Below are positions 48,285 to 57,224 of a DNA stretch of 64,000 bases, one piece after another. The translations under genes and the position numbers were made by a program. The notes under the pieces are model-generated. The model had not been told where the DNA came from, did no database searches, and worked only from the letters and a program-made list of their open reading frames with translations. The stretch's first letter is position 1; each line of letters opens with the position of its first letter. This DNA is from Tubulanus polymorphus (taxonomy: Eukaryota > Animalia > Nemertea), in the NCBI RefSeq assembly GCF_964204645.1, contig NC_134026.1, forward strand, positions 18,014,150-18,078,149, read 5' to 3'.

Positions 48285-49901
48285 TCACTCACTCTTTTTA
48301 TCTCCACCGGTCTTGTAGAATGCAATTCTAACCATTTTCGAAATTCGCTTGGGTAGGTCGGAATTACGAACGTTCCTCAATCGGTCCATGTATATGTGTT
48401 GGATGTAATTAGAAGTGCTTGTATTGACGTTGATTAGCAGACAGATAAAAGTGACCAGGATGTTGAGTCCGGCAGCTAGTGTAATGTACACACTGTTAAT
48501 GTGTCTCGGCTCAAATTGCACCACTACTCCGACAGAGATTGCCAAGACAATAAAGTAGATTACTCTCAGTGACTGGCTGCCAAACCACATTTTATCGCCC
48601 AGCGTAAACAGAATGATGAAAATGCTAAGTCCCAACAAATAGCCAACAACTACACCATCTCCAAAGATCACCGTGTTCATCAACAGCGACGAGTTTACAA
48701 ACACCAAATTGGCGATCAGTACACACACAGCGTTGGTCGTTTGCAAAAACATCAGCATACCGAAGCCATAGAAAGCTGGTTCACCACAAGCAAACAAAAC
48801 CTTGGCATAAGTCGGTGAGAGGCGGGTAAAATTTTCTCCAAAGGTGTTCACCATTTCGTATTGTCGCGATGCATCTACTTCGGCATCTGACTTTGGTTGT
48901 TTACGCTTTCTAACTCCGGTGGTGTCACTTTCAGTTGTCTTTGTTCTAAATTCACGTTCGTATTGTATTTCCACGTCGTCGTCATAATCATCATCTGATA
49001 CTTTCTTATAACCCTTGCTCTTGTTCATTTGCTTTTCAAACCAAGAGATTATCCGGTCACCGGCACTTGGCTTTTCTTCTTCTTCCTTGTCATTTTTTTC
49101 TTGCTCGATAGGAAACAATCTAGCTTCCTTGAACAATCTGATGATCTGTCGTCTGTGTAAGGGTAAACAGAGGATGACATATATCAGCGTCCCCGATCCA
49201 TAGAGGATAGCCAGAGCAGTGTAAGTAGCAATAAAGATTGCATTCTCGCCGGAGGCCACAAATTCTTGTCTGGTCGCTTTGTGATGCATTTGCAAATCGT
49301 CGAGAAATTCTACGTGGTCGCCAGGGTTTACGGCACCGGTAAGTCCAGCTTGCCCCTCCATAATGAAAGTGTTTGGTGCAACCATCGATCCAATCTCGTA
49401 AGCAGTGTTCGATGCATGATACGGGTACTTGTAGAAAACCTTTTCAACGATGGGTAGGAGATGTGAAATGATGTAGTTGGTCTTGACGATTGAACATGTC
49501 ATGTAAATTAACAGACACAATATGTCGCAGATCACTGACAATGGCCTGGCTTCCATCATTGATTGAATATACCAGCGGACACCGTTGTTGGTGTTGTATT
49601 GTTTCTGGTCGATATTGAATCGTTTCACCGTATCCATTAACTCGTCTTTCTTGTACCGATTACCGTATATTAAATAGAACAGCTTACCAACGAAAAGCAC
49701 CATCATTAGTATCAACACGTAGAGTTCAATTATATTGAATATTTTGTTATCAATCACCGAGCCGAGTGGGATGTAGGAATCATTTCCTATTTTCGGTTGA
49801 AAAGTTTTATAGTTGTTTAAGTAAAAGTTGATGTCCCTGCCGCTAATTTCATCGTAAGTCCTATGATTGACCCCCAGACCACCTTGATAATTGGGTATCA
49901 T
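48285..49901 (-). CDS. Multi-pass membrane protein (about 7-8 TM; gM-like topology possible)
   Basis: Several long hydrophobic segments separated by a charged loop. Homology not established. Confidence 0.75.
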   Translation of the reverse strand: MIPNYQGGLGVNHRTYDEISGRDINFYLNNYKTFQPKIGNDSYIPLGSVIDNKIFNIIELYVLILMMVLFVGKLFYLIYGNRYKKDELMDTVKRFNIDQKQYNTNNGVRWYIQSMMEARPLSVICDILCLLIYMTCSIVKTNYIISHLLPIVEKVFYKYPYHASNTAYEIGSMVAPNTFIMEGQAGLTGAVNPGDHVEFLDDLQMHHKATRQEFVASGENAIFIATYTALAILYGSGTLIYVILCLPLHRRQIIRLFKEARLFPIEQEKNDKEEEEKPSAGDRIISWFEKQMNKSKGYKKVSDDDYDDDVEIQYEREFRTKTTESDTTGVRKRKQPKSDAEVDASRQYEMVNTFGENFTRLSPTYAKVLFACGEPAFYGFGMLMFLQTTNAVCVLIANLVFVNSSLLMNTVIFGDGVVVGYLLGLSIFIILFTLGDKMWFGSQSLRVIYFIVLAISVGVVVQFEPRHINSVYITLAAGLNILVTFICLLINVNTSTSNYIQHIYMDRLRNVRNSDLPKRISKMVRIAFYKTGGDKKSE

Positions 49902-49920
49902 CTTGACGGCTTTCTGTGGG

Positions 49921-52900
49921 TTAACGAATAATTAAGTTTCTCTGTCTGAGTACGTCAGCAAATAAATTATTTAACTCGTGTGCTGTATCTCGTTCGAAAT
50001 ACGAACAAGTGTTCAAGTTGAACGAATGTCTCTGAGCGTCAGGTGTGTCTCGTAATACTATAAAAGACTCGTCTCTACACACGGTTGGTGTGTGAATGAT
50101 ACTATCTTCACTCTTTGCCGAAGTTAAGCTTTTTCCAATTGTACTCCCGTAGCCCAAATGTCCAGCAGCTTTACTTCTGCCTGTATTATTCATTGCCTGT
50201 CCCAACACAACCAAGTCAATTTTTTTGCTAGTTGATCCAGTTTTTTTCGCAGTTGTAGGGACGGTAGCACCAGTTGATGTTGTCAACATTCCTCGTGAAC
50301 TACATCTAATCGGTGTATCTAGTATCTGTTGTACAAAACAAGCAAGCTTGCGCTGCATAGTTTCTGATCCTCCTGAAGAGTCTGAAAGTACCGATGCTAA
50401 ACAGTCCATAAAAGACACTCTATCTACTTTGTCGGGGTATTGTTCTTGGCCGAGTGCAGTTGACGGTGTGGATATTTTTGCAATTAGTGATAAAATTGCC
50501 GTGGCTGTGTCATCGTCCATCCATTGACATTCAATTAGTAACATTGTTGTCAATTGAATATACTTGGTAATTTTATCAGCGATGTCGAGTCCACCCACAG
50601 CATCCAACATAATCAATTCCTTTACAATCGTAGACAATTTCGATGAAGCGTCTAGCCTGCTAAAGTCAAAAATTGAATTAGGGTAGAGTTGAGTATTTCC
50701 CGATTCAGAATCTACGCCGAACGTGTAAAAACATATCACGGCTCTGGTATTAACTAGGGTTAGAAAACTCATAGCAAACAAGTAGTCCCAAAATTGCCAT
50801 GCTGATAAATGTTCGTTCTTTCTTGTATCGTTTTCCACTACAATTAAATCCAACACAGCCCTCGATCCACCTTTCTTTTCATCTTGAATGTTTTCAAACA
50901 CCATGTGCAAATTTCTGTTCAATAATCCGCACTTGTGCAAGGCAAACATGTGTTCTTTGTTGCTTATACCAATCTTTTGCACCAGATCGATATTAACGTA
51001 TGAGTTGGCCACCACCATAAGATTGATGAGTTGATTTTCAGTGATTAGGAATTGGGTCGTTGCCTGTGGCGCGTCCAAGTCTGTTTGCTGCTGCTGTCTG
51101 GTGGCTATACTGGCTCGATCCACGCCTAGCGATTTAGTTACTTGATCTCTGGATCGTCGCTGCAATAAATACCCCAAGCAGTTGACTATCAAATTAATTC
51201 CTCTCGAATTCATTGGTACAATATCCAAGGGATTAGTCGTGTTGCTACTAGCTCTTAGCACAATTGGAATTTCATTGGGTATATACGTGTCAGTGTTGTC
51301 GTTTAGACAAATGTTTTTCATAATAACTTCTACCAAAAGCCACACGTTATCAATAGCCTGTGATGCAAACTCTTTCATCTTGTCATTTTCCATTGTCGCT
51401 TTTGCAATTGCATCTATTATTGCCTTTACTCTTTTAAATTCGTTCTGATGGGTAGTGGTGGCAAGGGTAGTAAGCATGTCCGGTCCGGTATACTCGGGTA
51501 TGTATTTATTCAGTGTGCAGTCGCTGAGTTTAAGAAAGTACGACAATTCGGGGTTTCTGTCTTGGGCTATCTGAGATTCTACAATTCCTGTGCTAGACGA
51601 TTCACAATAACACAACAGCTCCTCTAGCCACGCAGAGTATAAATCTTTTGCGAACTTTGTATATTTACCCTCTTCTTCAACTTGTATGTTTGTCCAAGTG
51701 GTAGCTTTACTGTCCCAGAATAATTTGCACAACTTCTGAAACAAATTCGTCTCATCTTTCGAAAAAGACAAATTTTTATTCACACATCCTATCAAAGTCC
51801 ACTTTCCGCTGTTTTTCTTGTCTCGTAGTACGTAGCCCTCTTCTTTGTAACGACAGACGTTGCTTTCCTTGTGCTCATTCGAGAATACTGTTGTCCACAA
51901 TATGTCTACCAAAGTTATACCATGACCCGATGAAGGACAGCTCCTGTTGTCATTTTGACTTGCCATGGCGTTTGCCATATACCTAAACAACTCGATTCTC
52001 CTTACCAATTGATTTCTGCTACCACCCGTTTTTCTGAGTTCTGCGTAAGTTTCACACATAATGTCAATGATGTCTTGTATACTTTGAAAGTATTCGACGT
52101 TTTTATTGCTAGAAGCTACTACCTTGATCTGTTTTCGTATGATCTCCGCGTTGTACTGACCACTGGTACCAAATACGTCTGTCAACCCAATACCCCACGA
52201 AAACACTTTGTGAAATTGCATTTTTGTATAGCGTTTGTCTATGTTGTTTAGCCAATGCATGATATCCTTTATCACAGTGGCCGTTTTGACATTATTTAAA
52301 AATGCCTCATGTAACGAGTGTGGTATTTGTCCAGATCTAGCGTCGCCGCGCCAAAGTTCGGTGTTGACCACTTCGTATTTGTAACTCTTTTCACCACCAT
52401 TTTCGCCAACATCGACACTTTCATCCTTTTTTATTAACCAAAACACTGGTCGGATATCGTATGAAAAATCCAACGCTCTCGGTAATAGTCTACATTCGGC
52501 TGTGAGTTCTGTGCTATGTTGCACTACAGGAAACAGCCAATTTGCTTCATCTGAACAGTCGTACAACACTCTGGTAGCAATTGTGGTTGCATAACTTAGC
52601 AATTCTGACATATCAATCGTTGCTGTATTTGCGGACACCGTTACTAAATCGGCTGACAGGACTTTTTGCAAAAACCACATCATTTCATCGACAGTCCAAC
52701 CTGCAGTGTTGGGTTTCATATCAACCGCGGTGGCCAAACTATCGTAAATCGACTGTATGTATGTGCCGTGATTTGCCGCTATTAATTTTGAACGAGTGTT
52801 GTAGTTTTCAACCTTTGTCATTTGCGCTTGCCATGTTTTCATTAGTGCAGCCAAGGTTCTTTCCCACGTGAACTTGTGTCTGATCATTGAATCGAACAGG

Positions 52901-54570
52901 AGTACCAGAAACGCGTCTCTATCGATTCGTTTTGTTTCTGTGTTAAAAATGGCACTCATGAGATTTGTGTTTGTAAGCAAGGGCATTTCACCAGTATTGG
53001 GTAGCATCGACTTTGGTAAAATGTAGTGATAAAGTGCAATGGCTTGGTCTTGGTTTATCATGGCAGCTTCACCTTGTAGTTGAAAGTGATGAGCTTGTAT
53101 CAACAAATTTACAATCGATTGATACTTGTTACCTCCTATGCTATCTCTTAGCGTTAATCCAATCCAGTATATTTGTTTATGGGTAAGGGTAGTGGTGCTT
53201 GTTGCACTTTCTTTTTGAATTTTATCATCTACGATTACGAACAAATCCTTGGGTATGTAGCCCAAACTAGAATGAGCACTATCTACCGTTATGTAGTCAC
53301 CTAGTTCTACTACGTCGCTATTTTCTATGGGATTTACGACTGTTCCATTTGTCCGTTCCAGAGCAAATAGCGATTGGGTAGGTACGTCTCCGAGTATGTC
53401 ACGTACACATTGTAAATAAACGTGTTCATACACGTCTCTTGCGCGAACAAAAACTTTTCCCCCAGCACCTATCTTCGAGTATATATCTAACAATGCCGTA
53501 CACAGAGGAACAACAAAGTTTCGAGAATCCATTACAGTAGCTAGAAACTCCAAACTTTTGAGTAGATTTCCTCTGAATTTATCTGGTATCGTGTCGGCTC
53601 CTTGACCCATGTTAGTGTTTCGTATTTTCTTGTTGATCTTGTCTAGCAAATATTGTAGACCCATCATATAGATACCTTGGTTTGCATATTCTTGTTGAAC
53701 AGACGGCGCTGCGGTTGATTCTTTTATGTTCCAGTATGGACTTTTTACAAGTCTCAAATTGAAATCTACTTTAGTGTCTAGATAAACTTTCAAGTCGTAT
53801 TTTAATTTTCCTAGCGGTAGCAAACTGAATGTGTAGTCCATAGCTGCATCCATGTTGTACAAGAAATTTGACAAGTCCGTTGCTGATTTTGTCTCTTGAA
53901 TTGCTCTGTTCATCATCAACTCCATGGTTCCGACTCTACCCATCTCTGACTCTGTTTCCATGAGCGGACCATTCAGAGAGACCAGAGCCGGACATTCTTT
54001 ACCTTCTTGGGTGTTCATGGCTTGCAAAGTCAAGCACATGACTAATTTGTCTTTTTGAATGGATTTTACGATACAGTCCTTGAGTCTATTGTCGGGTATT
54101 ATGTTTGCGTATTGATAAGTCAAAAGTGCGTCTCTATACGCCTGATCCGCTACGGGTATTGTGTCTGTCAACGCTTCTACCAAAGTTTGTGTAACTTTGA
54201 ATATAGAAGACTTGAAAAATAACATACAGGTTGTATTATCTATGACGTTGGCATTTTGAAAAATCTTCACCCACGATTCTGGTACAGATTGGACCTCCAT
54301 CAACCGACTCAACATTGTTAATGTGAGTGTGATACTCTGAGAATGTAGCCTTGCCGCATTTATATCGACGACATTAGGATTGGGTAGAGTAACGTGTACA
54401 AATCGACACAAACTACCATCTGTTGAAGTTGCCGCTGGATTCACTTGTAAGAAGTCATTTTCTGAATACTTAAACCACAATGAAGTCTCCACATCATCTA
54501 CTGACTCAAAGACGAAATCTTTAAAGAACTCTGTTATCAAATGATCCATTTTGTATTTATTTACATTCAC
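49921..54570 (-). CDS. Large hypothetical viral protein (1549 aa)
   Basis: Intact intronless ORF overlapping the upstream ORF by 14 nt. No catalytic motif recognised; size fits a capsid or tegument protein. Confidence 0.75.
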   Translation of the reverse strand: MNVNKYKMDHLITEFFKDFVFESVDDVETSLWFKYSENDFLQVNPAATSTDGSLCRFVHVTLPNPNVVDINAARLHSQSITLTLTMLSRLMEVQSVPESWVKIFQNANVIDNTTCMLFFKSSIFKVTQTLVEALTDTIPVADQAYRDALLTYQYANIIPDNRLKDCIVKSIQKDKLVMCLTLQAMNTQEGKECPALVSLNGPLMETESEMGRVGTMELMMNRAIQETKSATDLSNFLYNMDAAMDYTFSLLPLGKLKYDLKVYLDTKVDFNLRLVKSPYWNIKESTAAPSVQQEYANQGIYMMGLQYLLDKINKKIRNTNMGQGADTIPDKFRGNLLKSLEFLATVMDSRNFVVPLCTALLDIYSKIGAGGKVFVRARDVYEHVYLQCVRDILGDVPTQSLFALERTNGTVVNPIENSDVVELGDYITVDSAHSSLGYIPKDLFVIVDDKIQKESATSTTTLTHKQIYWIGLTLRDSIGGNKYQSIVNLLIQAHHFQLQGEAAMINQDQAIALYHYILPKSMLPNTGEMPLLTNTNLMSAIFNTETKRIDRDAFLVLLFDSMIRHKFTWERTLAALMKTWQAQMTKVENYNTRSKLIAANHGTYIQSIYDSLATAVDMKPNTAGWTVDEMMWFLQKVLSADLVTVSANTATIDMSELLSYATTIATRVLYDCSDEANWLFPVVQHSTELTAECRLLPRALDFSYDIRPVFWLIKKDESVDVGENGGEKSYKYEVVNTELWRGDARSGQIPHSLHEAFLNNVKTATVIKDIMHWLNNIDKRYTKMQFHKVFSWGIGLTDVFGTSGQYNAEIIRKQIKVVASSNKNVEYFQSIQDIIDIMCETYAELRKTGGSRNQLVRRIELFRYMANAMASQNDNRSCPSSGHGITLVDILWTTVFSNEHKESNVCRYKEEGYVLRDKKNSGKWTLIGCVNKNLSFSKDETNLFQKLCKLFWDSKATTWTNIQVEEEGKYTKFAKDLYSAWLEELLCYCESSSTGIVESQIAQDRNPELSYFLKLSDCTLNKYIPEYTGPDMLTTLATTTHQNEFKRVKAIIDAIAKATMENDKMKEFASQAIDNVWLLVEVIMKNICLNDNTDTYIPNEIPIVLRASSNTTNPLDIVPMNSRGINLIVNCLGYLLQRRSRDQVTKSLGVDRASIATRQQQQTDLDAPQATTQFLITENQLINLMVVANSYVNIDLVQKIGISNKEHMFALHKCGLLNRNLHMVFENIQDEKKGGSRAVLDLIVVENDTRKNEHLSAWQFWDYLFAMSFLTLVNTRAVICFYTFGVDSESGNTQLYPNSIFDFSRLDASSKLSTIVKELIMLDAVGGLDIADKITKYIQLTTMLLIECQWMDDDTATAILSLIAKISTPSTALGQEQYPDKVDRVSFMDCLASVLSDSSGGSETMQRKLACFVQQILDTPIRCSSRGMLTTSTGATVPTTAKKTGSTSKKIDLVVLGQAMNNTGRSKAAGHLGYGSTIGKSLTSAKSEDSIIHTPTVCRDESFIVLRDTPDAQRHSFNLNTCSYFERDTAHELNNLFADVLRQRNLIIR

Positions 54571-55987
54571 TGGGGACGATACAAGTCCCGTTGTATAACA
54601 AAATTATATCTAGAGCTACCAACAACCACATTACAAAACAGACTATACTAAATACGATAAATAGTCTCATGAAATATTCACAAAATAGTGAACAACAACC
54701 ACCTCGCTTTTGGGTACAAAACGTGAAAATTGTTTCTTTTTGTGAGTTCTTCGTTCCCTCCATTATGTCCATTGTTTCCAGTAGGCGAACAGTGTTTTCC
54801 TGATCCAAGTAGCCACGTACCTTTTTCAAAACCTTTTCCCTGCGTTTTGTGTACTTGAGATAATTAAAATTGAATGCTTTTATAATTTCTACACAAAACA
54901 CAAAAGATGTGCACAGTGTCATCAACATGGCAGTAAAAATTATTCGGCATTCTCTTAAAGGGGTAAGGGTATTAGCTGCTATTTTATCCGCTGCAGTATT
55001 GTCACCAGAAGGGTTTGATATAAATCGTACCAACTGTAATGTTCCGTCTAGTCCAACATTATCTACATGTTCGACGCCTGTTATCATGGACAAGAGAAAC
55101 GAAAATGTTACCATAATGTGTGTTAAACTCCCTAACATCAACACAAACATACATGGGTACAGCATTAACAGGACCAAACGCTGTTTTCTTTTATAAATGT
55201 TGCCACTGGTTTCTGTATTCATTTGATTTTGTCTAATTGATGTATTGTACATTTCCATGTTGTTAGTTCTACTGCCACCACTTCGTTTTCTTAGTGTATT
55301 TTGTTGTGGGTACCCGTCATCTCCTTCTTCCATTGTCGATAACAAACCAGTATCCTCGTTATATTCACCCTCCCATCCAGTTATGTTATTTTTATACCTT
55401 TTTCTAGAAGCATAATAGCTCTTCAGTCGGTAGACCCGTTCTCGAACAGCTATTACACATGTAACAGCGTATAGAACAATCAAGGCTATAAAAGTTGTGG
55501 AAATCCACACAAGTGGAGAGTGATGTACATCTTCCAACTTGTAGGGTAATGCTTTTCTCTCGTGTAGTTTTATTTTAGCGTTAATACTGTCGCCGTCGCT
55601 TGGATTCATCACTTTTTCCCATTGTGATGCAAGTGCAAGCATTTTGCAATCTCTACAACAACGGACAGAGCCACTGCATACCGTGTAAAATTCCTTTGTA
55701 CAAATTTTAAAGAGGGTAACGTTAGAATCCGGAGTGTGGGGTATAAATTTGCATCCCGATAAAGGTGTGCAGAGTCTTCCTCTGCGCTTCATCAGTCCAT
55801 GTTGTCTAAATTGTTCTCTCGAGGCTACATTGGCGTCCAAGTCGGAATAGAATACAGTGTCCCAAAAGAAGAACACAAATCCAAAAAATGTAACAAACGC
55901 CAATATGTTCAATAAGAGTAACAATTTATCCAAAACGATGTTAGATGTTGCCATATTGGAAATAGTGAAATATTCTAACTCTAACAA
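54557..55987 (-). CDS. Multi-pass membrane protein (about 5 TM) with Cys-rich first loop
   Basis: Hydrophobic segments plus LCTPLSGC...CSGSVRCCRDC loop. Confidence 0.75.
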   Translation of the reverse strand: MLELEYFTISNMATSNIVLDKLLLLLNILAFVTFFGFVFFFWDTVFYSDLDANVASREQFRQHGLMKRRGRLCTPLSGCKFIPHTPDSNVTLFKICTKEFYTVCSGSVRCCRDCKMLALASQWEKVMNPSDGDSINAKIKLHERKALPYKLEDVHHSPLVWISTTFIALIVLYAVTCVIAVRERVYRLKSYYASRKRYKNNITGWEGEYNEDTGLLSTMEEGDDGYPQQNTLRKRSGGSRTNNMEMYNTSIRQNQMNTETSGNIYKRKQRLVLLMLYPCMFVLMLGSLTHIMVTFSFLLSMITGVEHVDNVGLDGTLQLVRFISNPSGDNTAADKIAANTLTPLRECRIIFTAMLMTLCTSFVFCVEIIKAFNFNYLKYTKRREKVLKKVRGYLDQENTVRLLETMDIMEGTKNSQKETIFTFCTQKRGGCCSLFCEYFMRLFIVFSIVCFVMWLLVALDIILLYNGTCIVPSECK

Positions 55988-56241
55988 TAGCCCCTAATAC
56001 AAAATTAAAAGCAAAACCGAACTGCAGCCAAAGTGGTGACCCTATTGGATATGAAGCATTGACCGTATGTATGTTCCCTTCCCAGGTTTCCATTTCAGTG
56101 CATGGGACCTACGCTATTCCATTTCAGTGCATGGGACCTACGCTAGATGGCGTGGGGGTATGCAGCCCTAGCCCCCTATTTTCCACTCAGCCAGCAGCAG
56201 CAATAGTCTAACATCGCTTTGAGTCAAAAGTAATATCAATC

Positions 56242-56331
56242 GCCAGGATGGCCGAGCGGTTAAGGCGTTGGAATTAAGATCCAATGGACAACACGATTAT
56301 ATCCGCGTTGGTTCGATCCCCACTCCTGGTA
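56242..56331 (+). tRNA. trnL-TAA: tRNA-Leu(TAA)-like gene, non-canonical
   Basis: GCCAGGATGGCCGAGCGGTTAAGGCG TTGGA ATTAAGA TCCAA...GGTTCGATCCCCACTCCTGGTA. A and B boxes intact, T-run downstream. A at position 32, enlarged variable arm, one T-stem mismatch. Confidence 0.85.
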
Positions 56332-56357
56332 TTGGCCTTTTGCCTTCCTAACCCTAC

Positions 56358-57085
56358 TGTACAATTCTTCATCATTAAAACCAGGAAGTACAAGATTTGT
56401 TATCTCAACATTAGAACCAGGAAGTAACGATTTCCCATATGTTTTAGGAGTGATATACTAGCCTCTAACCATAAGGGTTTGCACTTTCCTAATGCATTAG
56501 TATAGGGATTAGTCATGAAATCCGCCATTTTACCTGATGGTAGCGGAACGATTTCAGGCAAAACGTTCCGCTACCATCAGGTCCACTATTTCACTGTTTA
56601 AAGTGGATTTAGAGGTTAGTTGAACATTACGTTCTTGGTGTAGGACGATATTTGCGTAAAATATAACCATCAATGTACTGTTTGAAGGTTGTAATTATGT
56701 GTTTTATTTGGAAAAAAATGAACAATATTTTAGTCAGGGAAGAAAACATTGTCCACTGCCCTGACTTGTAAAAGTTTTATCCAAGACAGAACGCATTTTG
56801 GTCAGAAAACCGAACCATTGTCTACTATCCGGACTTGTACAATTCTTCATCATTAAAACCAGGAAGTACAAGATTTGTTATCTCAACATTAGAACCAGGA
56901 AGTAACGATTTCCCATATGTTTTAGGAGTGATATACTAGCCTCTAACCATAAGGGTTTGCACTTTCCTAATGCATTAGTATAGGGATTAGTCATGAAATC
57001 CGCCATTTTACCTGATGGTAGCGGAACGATTTCAGGCAAAACGTTCCGCTACCATCAGGTCCACTATTTCACTGTTTAAAGTGGA
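56358..57085. promoter_or_regulatory. Two 250-bp direct repeats, each with ETS-like and YY1-like motifs and a perfect 19-bp hairpin
   Basis: 56358-56607 equals 56836-57085. Each has CCAGGAAGTA twice, CCGCCATTTT, and a hairpin (56532-56582; 57010-57060). TATAAATA at ~57148. Confidence 0.75.
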
Positions 57086-57224
57086 CTCAACTAGTTTGTG
57101 GTTAGAGTTAGGAAAAATCGTATCTGGTGAGAAAAGTTCAGACACACATATAAATAATACGGCGGACTTGTCCGGTGAAATGTCATATTAGTACAAGCCA
57201 CAGTACTGCTGAACGCATGGTTGT

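Noticed and set aside
26611-55196. Many short ORFs antisense to or overlapping the long viral ORFs
   Set aside because: They are shadow frames of the long genes, with no motifs of their own.
56270-56285. tRNA as a nonsense suppressor for the in-frame stops
   Set aside because: The 7-nt loop ATTAAGA places TAA as the anticodon (Leu, UUA codon). It cannot read TGA or TAG.
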